Source: Microthyrium microscopicum (taxonomy: Eukaryota). Taken from it: a stretch of DNA of 64,000 nt. Position numbers and translations under genes: made by a program. The notes under the pieces were generated by a model, which searched no databases, had not been told where the DNA came from, and saw nothing but the letters and a program-made list of their open reading frames with translations. Shown here piece after piece: positions 1-11,356 of the stretch (position 1 is its first letter; every line of letters begins with the position of its first letter). The stretch covers positions 1,995,345-2,059,344 of the forward strand of contig MU004237.1 of NCBI GenBank assembly GCA_010405405.1, in the 5' to 3' direction.

Positions 1-1263
1 TAAGATCTAATATAGCTTCTTCCCTAAATCTAGACTTAAATTAGCTCGCTAAGCACTAGCACTATACTAATACTCCTCCTCTTTAGCTTAATAAGAATAG
101 AAAGACGCTAATAAGATATAGGAAGGCCGTAAAGATATATATAATTATCTTATAGAATAGCTAATGTAGGCATAAGTACAATAAGCTAAATAAGCTAATA
201 AGTACCAACGTATAGTACTAGATCTTTAACCTAGAGACTAGGTACGTCTAAATATTTAAAACTATTATACGACACGCGTGTCTAAAACCCTTAATAGTAA
301 AAGCGTAGGGCCTTTCTACATCCTAAAGAAGCTTAACGCCGTTATATTTAAACTTAACTTGCTAAAGTATATAAAGATGTACCCTATGTTTTACGTTTAG
401 CTACTATATGCTATTATAGACGATATAGAGCTTCTACGTTAGTATAACCCTCTACTAGTAGTAGTAGGTAAAGCACTAGAAGAAAAAGAATAGCAAGTTA
501 ATAAGATCCTTAATAGCTACTATAAAAAGAGCACCCGCAAGAAGTTAGAATACTTTGTAAAATAGATAGGTTACGATACGCCTTTATAGCAGCTATAGGA
601 AGACCTTAAAAACGTAGTAAACCTAATCTACGACTTCTATAAACATAATCCTACAAAGCTTAGCCCTAACCCTAAGTAGTCACTATCTGTTATTAGATCT
701 AATACATCCAACTCTACTAACTATAATAGCAATGGTTTACTAGATAACTAGTTAGAGGAATAAAAGTATTTATTTATTTATAGTATACTGCCATTGGCGC
801 CTTATTAGCGCTATGAACTAGAGTATTTTAAGGACATCTAGGTTCGTCAATGCCTAGATAGTTGCCTTAGTAGGCTAGAGGATAGTAGAATAGCAAAAGG
901 ATGCAAATAGTACTTTGTTAGATATAGAGCGGATTAGATTAGACTAGACTAGATTAGATTAGCCTAGCCTAGCCTAGAATAGGATAGCATAGGTTAGAAC
1001 GTAGCTTAGAGCGCTAGTTTTGGAGGGGGGAGTAATGTAAGGATTCCTTACTAAAGCATAATGGCTTTAGTGTTGAGCTAGATCTTTATAAAGATCTAGC
1101 GGTGCTAGTCCTGATTAGGGCTAGCGTCTCTAAGGATTTACTAAGTATTACCCTCTTCTTCCCTTAGCGTAGATTCTACTCTACCTCTCTCTCTCCCTTC
1201 GTACGCTAGATTATTAAATATTATCTACCCTTTGCTTAATTACGTGCCTATTGGATCCTCACA
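1..1263 (+). mobile_element. 3' part of a RIP-inactivated Ty3/Gypsy chromovirus LTR retrotransposon (integrase C-terminus, chromodomain, PPT, 3' LTR)
   Basis: De-RIPed translation of ~307-410 gives GPFYILKKLN...KMHPVFHV.LL (integrase C-terminus). ~480-615 gives EKEWQVNKIL...KLEYFVKWIGYDTP.W..WEDLKN (chromodomain). The polypurine tract GGAGGGGGGAG at ~1022-1032 lies just before TG. Confidence 0.88.
1036..1263 (+). repeat. 3' LTR (228 bp)
   Basis: Starts TGTAAGGAT just after the PPT and ends ATCCTCACA. These are TG...CA termini with a 9-bp inverted repeat that differs by one RIP-type transition. Confidence 0.82.
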
Positions 1264-1299
1264 ATAGCTTTATTTTATAGGCAAAAGAATAATTAATTA

Positions 1300-2460
1300 C
1301 ATAAGTATTAGAATTCTAAAAACAAATTATAAAAAGAAAATAACTAAAATTTTAACTAAGATATAAACTAATTATCTTCTAAAGCTATATCTAGCTCTTT
1401 ATCCTTAATATAAGTCAAATTAGAGGAATTACTAGGAGTAGGGCTAGAAGTAGCTAAATTTAGCGCTTTAAGCTTTTTTATTTTCTATATTAAATTAGTA
1501 TATAAAAGTAATATTATTAATAAAAACTAACTTTCTAAAAGCCTTATTTAAGCTCTTTTTCTACTCATTGTTCTTCCTTAATCTTCTTATAAGTTTCTAG
1601 TAGCTATTAGTATCTAATTTGACGTAACTTAGTAGAAGCTTCTTATAATTTAATAAAGTATTTTAGGTTAAATTTATAGGTTTTTTAAACCTAATCTTTG
1701 CTACTATAAAAGGTTAGTATAAGTTAGAAATAAAAGAACGAATATAACTTACTTAAAAGCTATTTTGTTAGTTTTAAAAGTAGTTTTAGTCTAATCTACT
1801 TATAATCCTTTCTAATTAATTACTAAATTTAGTATAGTTAATAATTTAGTTTTATATCTACGTAACGACTAAATAGTAATAGGCCTATATATAATAGGAA
1901 TAGTAGTTTCCTTACTATTATATAAAAACATAGCTTTATAGTCTACTTCCTTAATTTCTAAGATAAAGTAAACTATAAAAGATTTAATATTTCTACTTTC
2001 TAAAAGGGGTAAGAAATTAAGATATATATATTAAAGATTATATTCTTAATAAATATAAACTAAATACCTAAATTCCTATCTTCTAGCCTATTCTTGCTCT
2101 AAAATAAACGAGTTATATTATAATTTATTATTTAAAAGAAGGGCGTTTTTATAGCTAAGAAATTTATTTATAAAATATTATAATTTAACTTATAGATCGT
2201 ATTAAGGGTAAGGGTTAGTTTAAGGTATTATATATTATATTAGTATAATATAATAAGAATAGGGTTATAATTTACTTTTAGCTAAAAGAATAAGAGAAGT
2301 ATAACTAAAATAAAAAGTTAGAAAAAAAAATAAAGTTTAAAAATAAAAGATAACTTACCTAAAAAGGCTAGATAAGACTAGGCAAAGAGACTATTAGATA
2401 GAGGAAAATTTAGTAAGTTAAATAATATAGAATACTAGTACTAACTAGTAGTAGCTTAGT
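1300..2460 (-). pseudogene. Unidentified RIP-degraded spliced gene relic, probably TE-borne
   Basis: Minus-strand GTAAGT donors (plus-strand ACTTAC near 1747 and 2353) are paired with CTAAC-like branch points (plus-strand GTTAG near 1713, 2215, 2317). The frame ~2150-1755 is interrupted only by TAA/TAG codons that RIP could explain. The product is not recognised and the boundaries are approximate. Confidence 0.3.
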
Positions 2461-2482
2461 ATTAGAGACTAGAAAGAAGAAA

Positions 2483-2485
<3 letters not shown>

Positions 2486-2528
<43 letters not shown>
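2486..2528. repeat. Poly(A) homopolymer, 43 nt
   Basis: Read directly from the sequence. Confidence 0.95.
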
Positions 2529-2530
<2 letters not shown>

Positions 2531-2696
2531 TAATAATACTTACTATAGAAAGTAGAGAAGTATTAAATAAAAAGACAAAAGAGGCTAAGTCTAGAAAGTA
2601 TAGAGAGCACTAGTATATAATAATACTAAAATATAAAGTAGTAGTAATAGATAGAAAGTGTAGTAATTATTTGAAATTTAAAGATTATTAAGGAAA

Positions 2697-3004
2697 ACTT
2701 AATATACTTATATTCTTTTAATATAGGATTTACGTACTAAAGATATCATTATAACTACTATGATTTAGGCTTTAAAACATATATCGTTTTAACTAGTTTA
2801 GGCGCGTAATATAAAAGTTATTAATAGAACTAGATAGGGCGCTTAGTAAAATATTTACGCGCCTTGTCTATTTCTATTAATAACTTTTATATTATACGCC
2901 TAAACTAGTTAAAATAATATGTATTTTAAAGCTTAAATTATAGCGGTTATAATAGTATCTTTAGCGCGTAAATTCTATATTAAAAGAATATAAGTATGTT
3001 AAGT
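2697..3004. repeat. Long inverted repeat (hairpin) with ~146-bp arms and a 16-bp spacer
   Basis: 2697-2842 (acttaatatacttatattcttttaatatagg...gatagggcgc) is the reverse complement of 2859-3004 (gcgccttgtcta...aaagaatataagtatgttaagt). The arms differ almost only by C/T and G/A transitions. Confidence 0.92.
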
Positions 3005-3599
3005 AAACTTATTAGAATTCTTACTTATCTTAAATCTTAATTAATTACTTTACTTATACTATTTTAAACTATACTATTATCTACTTATAGCTTGCCTATA
3101 TATCCCTTTATTATTAAAATTTACTATATATATTTTAATCTATTACTAAAAATTACTTTTCTTTTTTTACTTTTTTAAATATTTTATTATATATAGACCT
3201 TTATTATATAATATAATACTATATTCTTCTCTTTAGAGAATTAGCTTTTATAGTCTATAGCTTTATTACTTTTACTCTAGTTAATATTAGTTTATTTAGT
3301 TTTTAGAAATAATTAAACTTTAAGTTTAGATTTTATACTTTTAAATTTCTAAGCTTTTAAACTAGTTACTATAATATTAGTTATTATTCTAAGCTCTTCT
3401 TATTAGATATAGAATAGCTTAGTTATTTTATTTCTATTACTATATTCTTCCTTAGCTCTATAGTTTATAAATCATTTAAAAAAATAGAAAAATCTTTATT
3501 TATTAAAAAATATTAATTATTTATTATATCTCTATTCTTTATCTTATTTAAGACTTAAAAATTAAGTTTTAGAATTTAGATAGTATACTCTATATAACT

Positions 3600-6013
3600 A
3601 TTAACTTAGTTTTACTTATTCTAATTTATTTTCTATTATATTAAAGACTTTAGATTTATTTAAATAGTTTATATAATAACTAACTATAATATACTAAATT
3701 CTAGCTTTAATAATAGCTAGATATCTAATACTAAGTTTATTATACCTTAGGATAGTATATTTAATATCTCTACTACTACTTTACTTAGTTAGCAAAAGTA
3801 TAATAAACTACACTTTAAGCTAGATAATAAGAATTCTAATACTTATTTAATTATAAAAGAACTTATTAAAAGGGAACTACTTCCTATTAATATTACTAAG
3901 CCTAGATAGGTTAAAATTATATATACTCTTTATTCTTATAGTTAGATAAGAAATCTAGAAGGTTTCTAAACCTCTAATTATATAGTATATTATAAAGCTA
4001 AATATAAAACTATTATTACTAAAGAAGAGTAAGAAACTAATAAAGAAACTATAAGAGAATACTAAGCTAGAATTAAAGCTAATAGTAATAATCCTAGTAA
4101 TCCTTTTACTATATCTATAGTTAGTAATAAATAAGCTAGAGCTAATACTAGGTTAGATTTTAATTTAGATACTACTTTATATTTAATAGTTAAATTTATA
4201 GTTAAAAATAACCTATCTTTTAACTTATATAGCTCTAATTCTTTTAAAGAACTCCTAAAGTATTATAATTATTATAGTCCTTAAATTAATCATTATAAGC
4301 TTTAAGATCTTCTTTATTCTAGTTACGATAAAGTAAAAGATAAGCTAAAACGTAAATTAAAAGTAGTAGTTTCTAAAAACGATTATTTTACTATAGCTTT
4401 AGACGTATAGATATCTAATAATAATTAGTATATCTTTTTAAGTATAATAATTATCTATACTAATAGTAACGTTAAATTATAGTATAGATTACTAGGATTT
4501 AAAAGATTAACTATTAATTATACTAGAAAATATCTTTATAGTATATTTAAAAGTATTATTAAGTCTTTTAACTTAGATATTAGTCATTTTATTAGTTTTT
4601 TATAGGATAATGCTAGTAATAATAATATATTAATTACTTAGCTAAGAACTAAAAAGAATCTAATAGGTTCTACTAAGGATTTCTATAATATTTATTATAC
4701 TATATATATTATTAATTTAGTTACTAAAGCTATTATTAGATACTTTATAGCTAATTATAATAAGGAAATTAAGACTACTAGAAGTAGAGCTAGTCTTATT
4801 AGTTAATATACTACTTCTACTTAATTAAATACTATTTTAGATACTATAGCTTCTAAAAGTCTAATAAGTAGACTTAAAAAAGTAGTTTACGCTATTAAAT
4901 TTAAGTAAGAATATTAAAAAAACTTTAAATTATCTAGAAAGTTATATCTTAAAAGAAGGATACTAGACAAAGATATTAAAATAACTAAAATACCTATAGA
5001 TAATAATACTAGATAGAATTCTACGTATTATACTCTAAATTATCTTTTTAAACTTAAACCTTATATTAAATATATCTTTACTAATACTAAAGATAAAAAG
5101 TTTAAGAAGTTTATATTTAATAAAGCTAATTAGCTAGTATTAAAGCATTTAAAGAATATTTTAGGCTATTTTAAAACCCCTACTATTATTTTATAAGGGT
5201 AGATTTATACTACAGTTAATTAAACGCTTTTATATATTTATTAATTATTTAAAAATTTAGAAGATTAAATGCTTAAATTTTCTATATCTCTTAATTCTAT
5301 TATATTAGAAGATTATCCTAAGTATAAATACTTTATTAATACTATTAAGAAAGGCCTTAATAAGCTAAAAGAATACTATCCTCGTAAGATTATAAATTAA
5401 GAAGTAGTAGAAAATCTAAAGCCTTTTATTATAGCTTTAATTTTAGACCCTAGATATAAAATAATATACTTTATAAATAATCCTTATAGCTTATTATTTT
5501 ACTATCCTTAGATTTTAATAGACGTTACTAATTTATTTAAAGAAGAGTATAATTTAGCTAAAATAAAACTAAATCCTACTTCTTTAAATTAAGAAAGTAG
5601 TAATTTAGATCCTATTTTAGACGATAATAAAAATACGTTTTTTATTCTTATTACTAATAATAATACTACTACTATTAAAGAAGAGTATATTTATTATTTA
5701 GGATAAGAACGTGAGCATCCTAAAAAACACCCTTTAGATTACTAAGTTAAAAACTAAAATTAATTTCCTATTTTATTTTATTTAGCTAAAAAATACTTAA
5801 TAATACCTAGTACTTCTACTAGTGCTAAAAGTATATTTAGTATTAGAGTAGATATTATTTTAAATAATAGAAATAAACTACTAGCAGAGACTAGTAAAAG
5901 GATTATTTAGCTTAAAAACTAGAAATTAGTAAATATTAATAAGTTTAAAAAATTATTATTATATAAATCTAGAGATGAGGATAGTAGTAAAAGTGAGGTA
6001 GAGAGTAATTATT
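3600..6013 (+). mobile_element. RIP-inactivated hAT-superfamily transposase
   Basis: De-RIPed motifs occur in the expected order: BED-like finger C-x2-C...H-x4-H (~3900-4005), ALD.W.S catalytic-D motif (~4395), D..TRWNSTY (~5000-5030), LDPRYK (~5443), and IPSTS.SAE.IFS of the hAT dimerisation domain (~5803-5840). The start is approximate. Confidence 0.88.
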
Positions 6014-6623
6014 AATATAGTAGAGTTAGTTAGGTTTATCTTTTAGGCGTTAAGGAGTTATAGGTATTAGTTTAAATAGAAAATATAAAAAGATTAGTTA
6101 AAACTAAAATATTATTATTAAAAGTAAAAATAAGTATAAGATTATTAAGTATTAGAGTATAAAGTAGTAGTATAGATTTAAGTTTTATAGTATATAGATT
6201 ATTTAATATAATATAGTAAAAGTAGTTAAAATCCTAATATAAAGAACTTATAAATTTATATAATAATTTAAAGATTTACGTTTAACTTTTAATAGATATT
6301 AATACTTATAGCTAGTTATATTATATTAAAATTTAGAAATCTACTACTTATATTTATTCTTTATAAATTGTATATTAAATTATAGCTTATCTTACTCTAA
6401 TAAGTAAGTTAATTATAAAAATAAAAAAAAACGTATTTAAAATATAACTAGTAATAAGTATATATTTAAGAAAGATAAGTTAGATTATTAGATAGAGTAG
6501 GCTTTAAGGTATATAATAATATATAGTATAGTTTATAGATATTTAGTTTTAGTAGTTATATAAATAGTTTTAAAATAATAATAAAAAATAGTTTAAAGTT
6601 TTACTATATAAAGTAGTATTTTA

Positions 6624-8521
6624 GGACCTTCTTTAGCTCCTACACGGCTCAATTCGCACTACCTCATCTATTTAATTTAAATAAACCATTGGAATTCCTT
6701 CGTTAACGCTTAGGGATTACTTTTATAAATTTCTAGCTAGACGCCTATACGCACTACGGTGTTATTATGGCTAGAAGAATGGCTAAACTAAACGACTAAA
6801 ATATAGAAGAATGAGACTCTAATTTTAAGAGCTATAAGAGCTTGCTTAATAGTAGCCCTTTAGAACTACTTAGTATGGTTAACGTAGTAAGGATATTTCT
6901 ATCTAGAATATAAAAAGGTATATAAAAAGGATTAGAAATAATTATCTTAAAATAAGTCCTCTATAATACTATAGAGGAGCTTATTAAGCTAAAGGACTAC
7001 GTCCTCTACTAAGAGGAAGAGCCTCTAGTAGCTAAATACCCTACCTTTAAACTTACCTTCCTTAAAACTATCCTTAATTAGCTTAATAAGATTAAAGTAG
7101 TAGTTTAACGTTATCCTATTATATTAGCTCTAAAGCTATATTCTTAGGTAGTAATTACCTCTTATACTAAACTACACGCGAGTAAACTAAAAGGTTATTC
7201 TATTATTCTATAACCTAAGGTAGGACAATATATAGGGACTCCTTTAGAGGTCCTTAAGGAATTTAAAAAGACATTTATAAGTACTATAGGTATATACCCC
7301 CTATAGAGTAGTAATCTTTAAGTTATCTTTAAAGACGCTAAATAGAAGGATTAGGCCTAGTATCTAATTATTAAAGGTGTATAAGTACTTTAGTAGGATT
7401 ATTCTATTAAAGTAGCTAGTATACCCTTAAAGAGTATTAGTAATAGGGTTTATTATAGTAAGAGAGTAGATAATTATAACTTAGGGTTTATTAAGGCCCT
7501 AAATAAGGATAATTAGCACCTTCTTGTTATTACTAGAGTAAGCTAAATTTATAGTAATAAAACGTTAATCTTAGGGAAGAAGAGATTATCCTTTATTATA
7601 TACCTCCTAATAAAGGGTCTTTAGGAGACTACTATAGCTTAAGGGCTAATAATTAAAGGCGTATAGTATAGTTATAAACTCTAGGCTATAACGCTAGTAA
7701 GTATTTATTACTACTAGTATAGTACCTAAAGATATATATAGTCTTCCTATTTAGTAGAAGCTTACTATAGATACTATACGGGTAAGTATAATATATAGGA
7801 TTATAAAATAAAAGATAAAAGCAAATAGTGCTTAAATTATAGTTATAAATATAACTATTAGGATAAATCCTATAGTATTTATAAGAGTATCGCTTTAGTA
7901 GTAGACGCCCTTTAGGTAACCTTATTTAAATATATTATTAACTTATAGAATAGCATAGCTTAATAAGATCATAGTAATATAAACCTACTACTAAAGAATA
8001 AATATATACTTATTACTATACTAAAAGCTAGTCCTATAAAAGGCCTTAAAAGGCCTCTAGCCTTAGCTGTAGTAGGATCTACTCTAGGATAGTAATCTCT
8101 TAGCTTTATGCCTACTCGTCTAGGACCTTTAGGCGTAGCTGTATCTATAACTATGTTAGAAGGGAAGATTGCTATAGCTATTTTAGTAAGTGTCTATAAG
8201 GCTGCTAAAGTAGTTCTAGCGACTTTAGTAGAGTTTAAGGAAGTTAATAAAGAGGTTTAGATAGAGTTAGATAGGTAGGAAGGAGATTAAATAAAGTAGA
8301 AGCGTTTTATAGAACGGCCTATTAATAGCTGCGAGGTTAACGTTCTATAATAGATAAATAGATGCTAAAGCGCCTATAGCGCCCTACTAGGGCAATTAGT
8401 ATAGTTTTATTCCCCTAAGGGTTTCTACTATAAATAGTTAGTATAGTCTATATACGCCTATTAGAGTAGCGTGTTTAGACTCCTTATAGGGTCTAAACGA
8501 ATTGGATAATAAAGAGATTTA
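6624..8521 (+). mobile_element. Non-LTR (Tad/jockey-like) element carrying only a gag-like ORF1, RIP-inactivated, with a 19-bp target-site duplication
   Basis: An identical 19-mer TATATAAAGTAGTATTTTA occurs at 6605-6623 and 8522-8540. De-RIPed 7709-7875 gives three knuckles, CX2CX4HX4C, CX2CX3HX4C and CX2CX3HX6C, typical of fungal LINE ORF1. There is no room or motif for an endonuclease/RT. Confidence 0.8.
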
Positions 8522-9359
8522 TATATAAAGTAGTATTTTATATTTTGAATTTAGAATTAAATTAGATAGCAAATATATAGGAAATTCTATATTATTATAT
8601 AGCCCTAAAATAGCTCTATATAATAATATAGGTTTTATATTTTAAGTATTATAACTCTTAGTAGTATTTAAGAAACTTAGAAATAATAAAAAGTTTTTTT
8701 AAATACTAAATAAGCTTAGATAAGATAAAATAGATATCTAGTTTTATATAGAATTTATATATGTTTATAATATAGCTAAGATTTATTTAAAAAACTATAA
8801 TTAAAAGACTTATTTCTACTATTTACTTACTTTTTTATTATAAATATTAATTTTTATTACTAATATATTTAATATATTTTTATTACGTAAGTATTATATA
8901 AAACTAATACTCTAGGTATACTCATTACGTTATAACGAATCGAACTATATATAGGTTTACTTAAAAATAGCAATTTCTAGTATAGTTAAGTTAAATATAG
9001 TATTTTAGTTAACTTTATTCTTTTTATCTATTATATTTATATTCTTAATATCTAATTATTTGTATTAAAACTTATAATAATAGTATTTAGTTCTAATTCT
9101 TTTTATATTCTATTAGGTATAATTCTAGGAGGCTATACTTAAAAAATAATTACTTAAAATTAAAAACTAACTACTCTAGTAATTATTTAAGCTTTATTTT
9201 TTAATAAAAAAAAAAGCTCTAACTTTAAAGTTAAATAACTCTAGAACTAGTTAGCGCCTATTAAAACGAATAATACTATTGTATTCTACGTAAAATACTA
9301 AATCGAATAATGTATTTTTTAGCCTATAATATTACCTAATCTATTTATAAAACTAGTAT

Positions 9360-9553
9360 AGAACTAGTACTAGTATATTAGTAGTATACTATAGTATTAG
9401 TCTAATTAGTATTATAAAATACTAGACTAGTATAGTACTAGTACTAGTATTAGAGTATCCCTAGACTAATTAGTACTAGTAGCTACTTTTAATACTAAAT
9501 ACTAGTCCTACTAGTACTAGTACTAGACTATACTAACTAGTTTGCCAACCTTG
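9360..9553. mobile_element. Probable right end of a hAT-type DNA transposon: subterminal short repeats plus TIR
   Basis: An array of TACTAG/CTAGTA units (RIPed subterminal repeats) ends in TTTGCCAACCTTG (reverse complement CAAGGTTGGCAAA), exactly at the AT/GC boundary. The partner TIR was not found in the window. Confidence 0.5.
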
Positions 9554-11356
9554 CTATGTTCAAGTTTGACAAGTCACGACATTTGACGTGAGGTTGATGT
9601 CAAAGAACTGTAGAGAGGGCGCAAAAGGCGCAAAGGTCGTGGCGTCAAAATGGTTAAATTTCCATCGTTCCAACTTCCAAGCCTGAAGCAAGGCGAAAAA
9701 TAGGCTTCCAAGGGACCAAGGTTAAATCGCCAAGGTTGGAATCATTTGCAGCGTGTTGGAAAAAGACCCAACTTTGCGTGTGCATCTCAGTCACCAACGG
9801 AGCTGCGCGACGTGGCTGGTTTTTCAAAACTTTTCTCCCAACATCGACCCCTTTCAAGGCCAGGGGATATCCAATCACAGCAAATGGCTGACCATATTGT
9901 AGCAGGTGGCTCAGAAGCTCCCCAGATATCCACCAAATCGGGATTCTTTCATCCGGAGCCCCCCTTCGTATTGACGGCCAATGGATCCAAGAATACATCT
10001 TGTCTCTCTTCGTACCAACGACAAATCGAAAGAGTACATCTCGTTCGATCGTTACTGGATAATATTGATTATCCAACGCCCACGGCTTCTGTTTCTCATC
10101 TCATAGGGCTTAGAACTTTGTTTTCTATGATCTTGCTAAGGAAGTTTTGTCCTAGTATGAAAGTATCCAGCTAGTTCTTTATACGGAAACCGTTGGAAAG
10201 GGGAAGTGGAGATGTCAATTTTACGCGTTGCGAACAACCTCCGAGTTGAGGGGTTAAAACTTAGAAATCGATGTTTAGCAATTCTAGGAGTTGAGATCCA
10301 ATCATTCCGCGCTTGGTAATTGATTCCTTTTCAGTTCTGGCTGGTTATGGAATCCACAAGGCGCTTGCCACGAAATCAATGATTCTTTGGAATAATCCCC
10401 TCAGCTCCTGATCTGACTTTCAGAAAGTCATGGACTTCAAATTTGCAACTAGGGGCTCTGGTAGGTCTTGGTTGAAATAGCCGCGTACCCGCGTAGAGAG
10501 GGTCTGTTAGCGGTACCGTAAAGATCAGCGCGTGGAAGAACCCCTGTACCCCTGTCACGGTAGACTTTGAATCCTGTTCCTGTCGGCTAACCACAACTTC
10601 CTGGTTACACTTTTCTTAGCGGTGTTGCATTTGTTCAATCATCCCCGAGAACTGCTTCTTTACATGACGTCTATTCTTGGATGCGTCCCGCCTGCAGATG
10701 TCGTATCCAACAAGACGAGTAACACAGCAGCTTTCGCTTTATACAACAAGATCATCTTATACTATCGTTTGGCAGCATGAAGCGAGCTGTCCGTTCATGG
10801 ACTTTGAGAGAGCGCGTTCAGCGGACTCCAACACTGCTCAGTTGACAGTCAACCATGCAGCTTCCGACGCCACGACAGTTAGCGTGGATTGAGGCAGTGC
10901 TGAGAGTTTCGTGGTCTTTCTGTCTCTAATTCTACACCCCCAATGGGGGCTACGTGCTTGGGCCAGACGAGATGCCTTCATTGCCGTCCTAGACCCCCTA
11001 ATGCAAGGTCCAGACAGGCCTGGCAAGCCTGGTAATGCTCAGAAGTCCCACTGTTGGCTGGGGGGCAGCATCTCTAGGAAACCGTCAAAACCACTGCTCA
11101 GCGTGCTTCGAGGAGCAGTTTGACCTTTTGACCAACTTCACCGTCGCTATTGCTGAATACCCCTCTTCATACAATTCACCCAGGAATTGGTTGAGTATCA
11201 TTCGGTCTTTGACTCCGTTTGATGCAACATATCAGTTTCTAAAGGCCTTTGGCTAGGCCCGTGAATGTGTAGTTGAACATAATACTCTTTTTTAATCATT
11301 CTATTCCTTCATTAACACTTTCTTTAAACATACCTTAATCTTTCTGTTAATTCACC

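Larger units (their letters stand above)
1..9553. repeat. AT-rich, RIP-mutated nested transposon block
   Basis: Very AT-rich, with a strong excess of TpA and depletion of CpA/TpG. There are no long ORFs, but TE protein motifs can be read once TAG/TAA/TAT are reverted to TGG/CAG/CAA/TGT. Composition switches abruptly to normal at ~9553. Confidence 0.95.

Noticed and set aside
932..1000. 5-bp tandem units (GATTA/GACTA/GCCTA)
   Set aside because: Simple repeat within the Gypsy 3' untranslated region; no separate feature is warranted.
2486..2528. Poly(A) run as the tail of a retroposed insertion
   Set aside because: No TSD or associated retroelement body was identified. It may be a poly(T) tract of the minus-strand relic.
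9360..9540. TACTAG-type repeat array considered as a CRISPR-like or telomeric repeat
   Set aside because: Eukaryotic context, no repeat-spacer periodicity, and not TTAGGG. Better explained as RIPed transposon subterminal repeats.
9654..11256. Several 60-140 aa ORFs upstream of gtb3
   Set aside because: They overlap on both strands, mostly have non-ATG starts, and show no motifs or splice pattern. They are best read as promoter/UTR sequence; none resembles uge3, sph3 or ega3.
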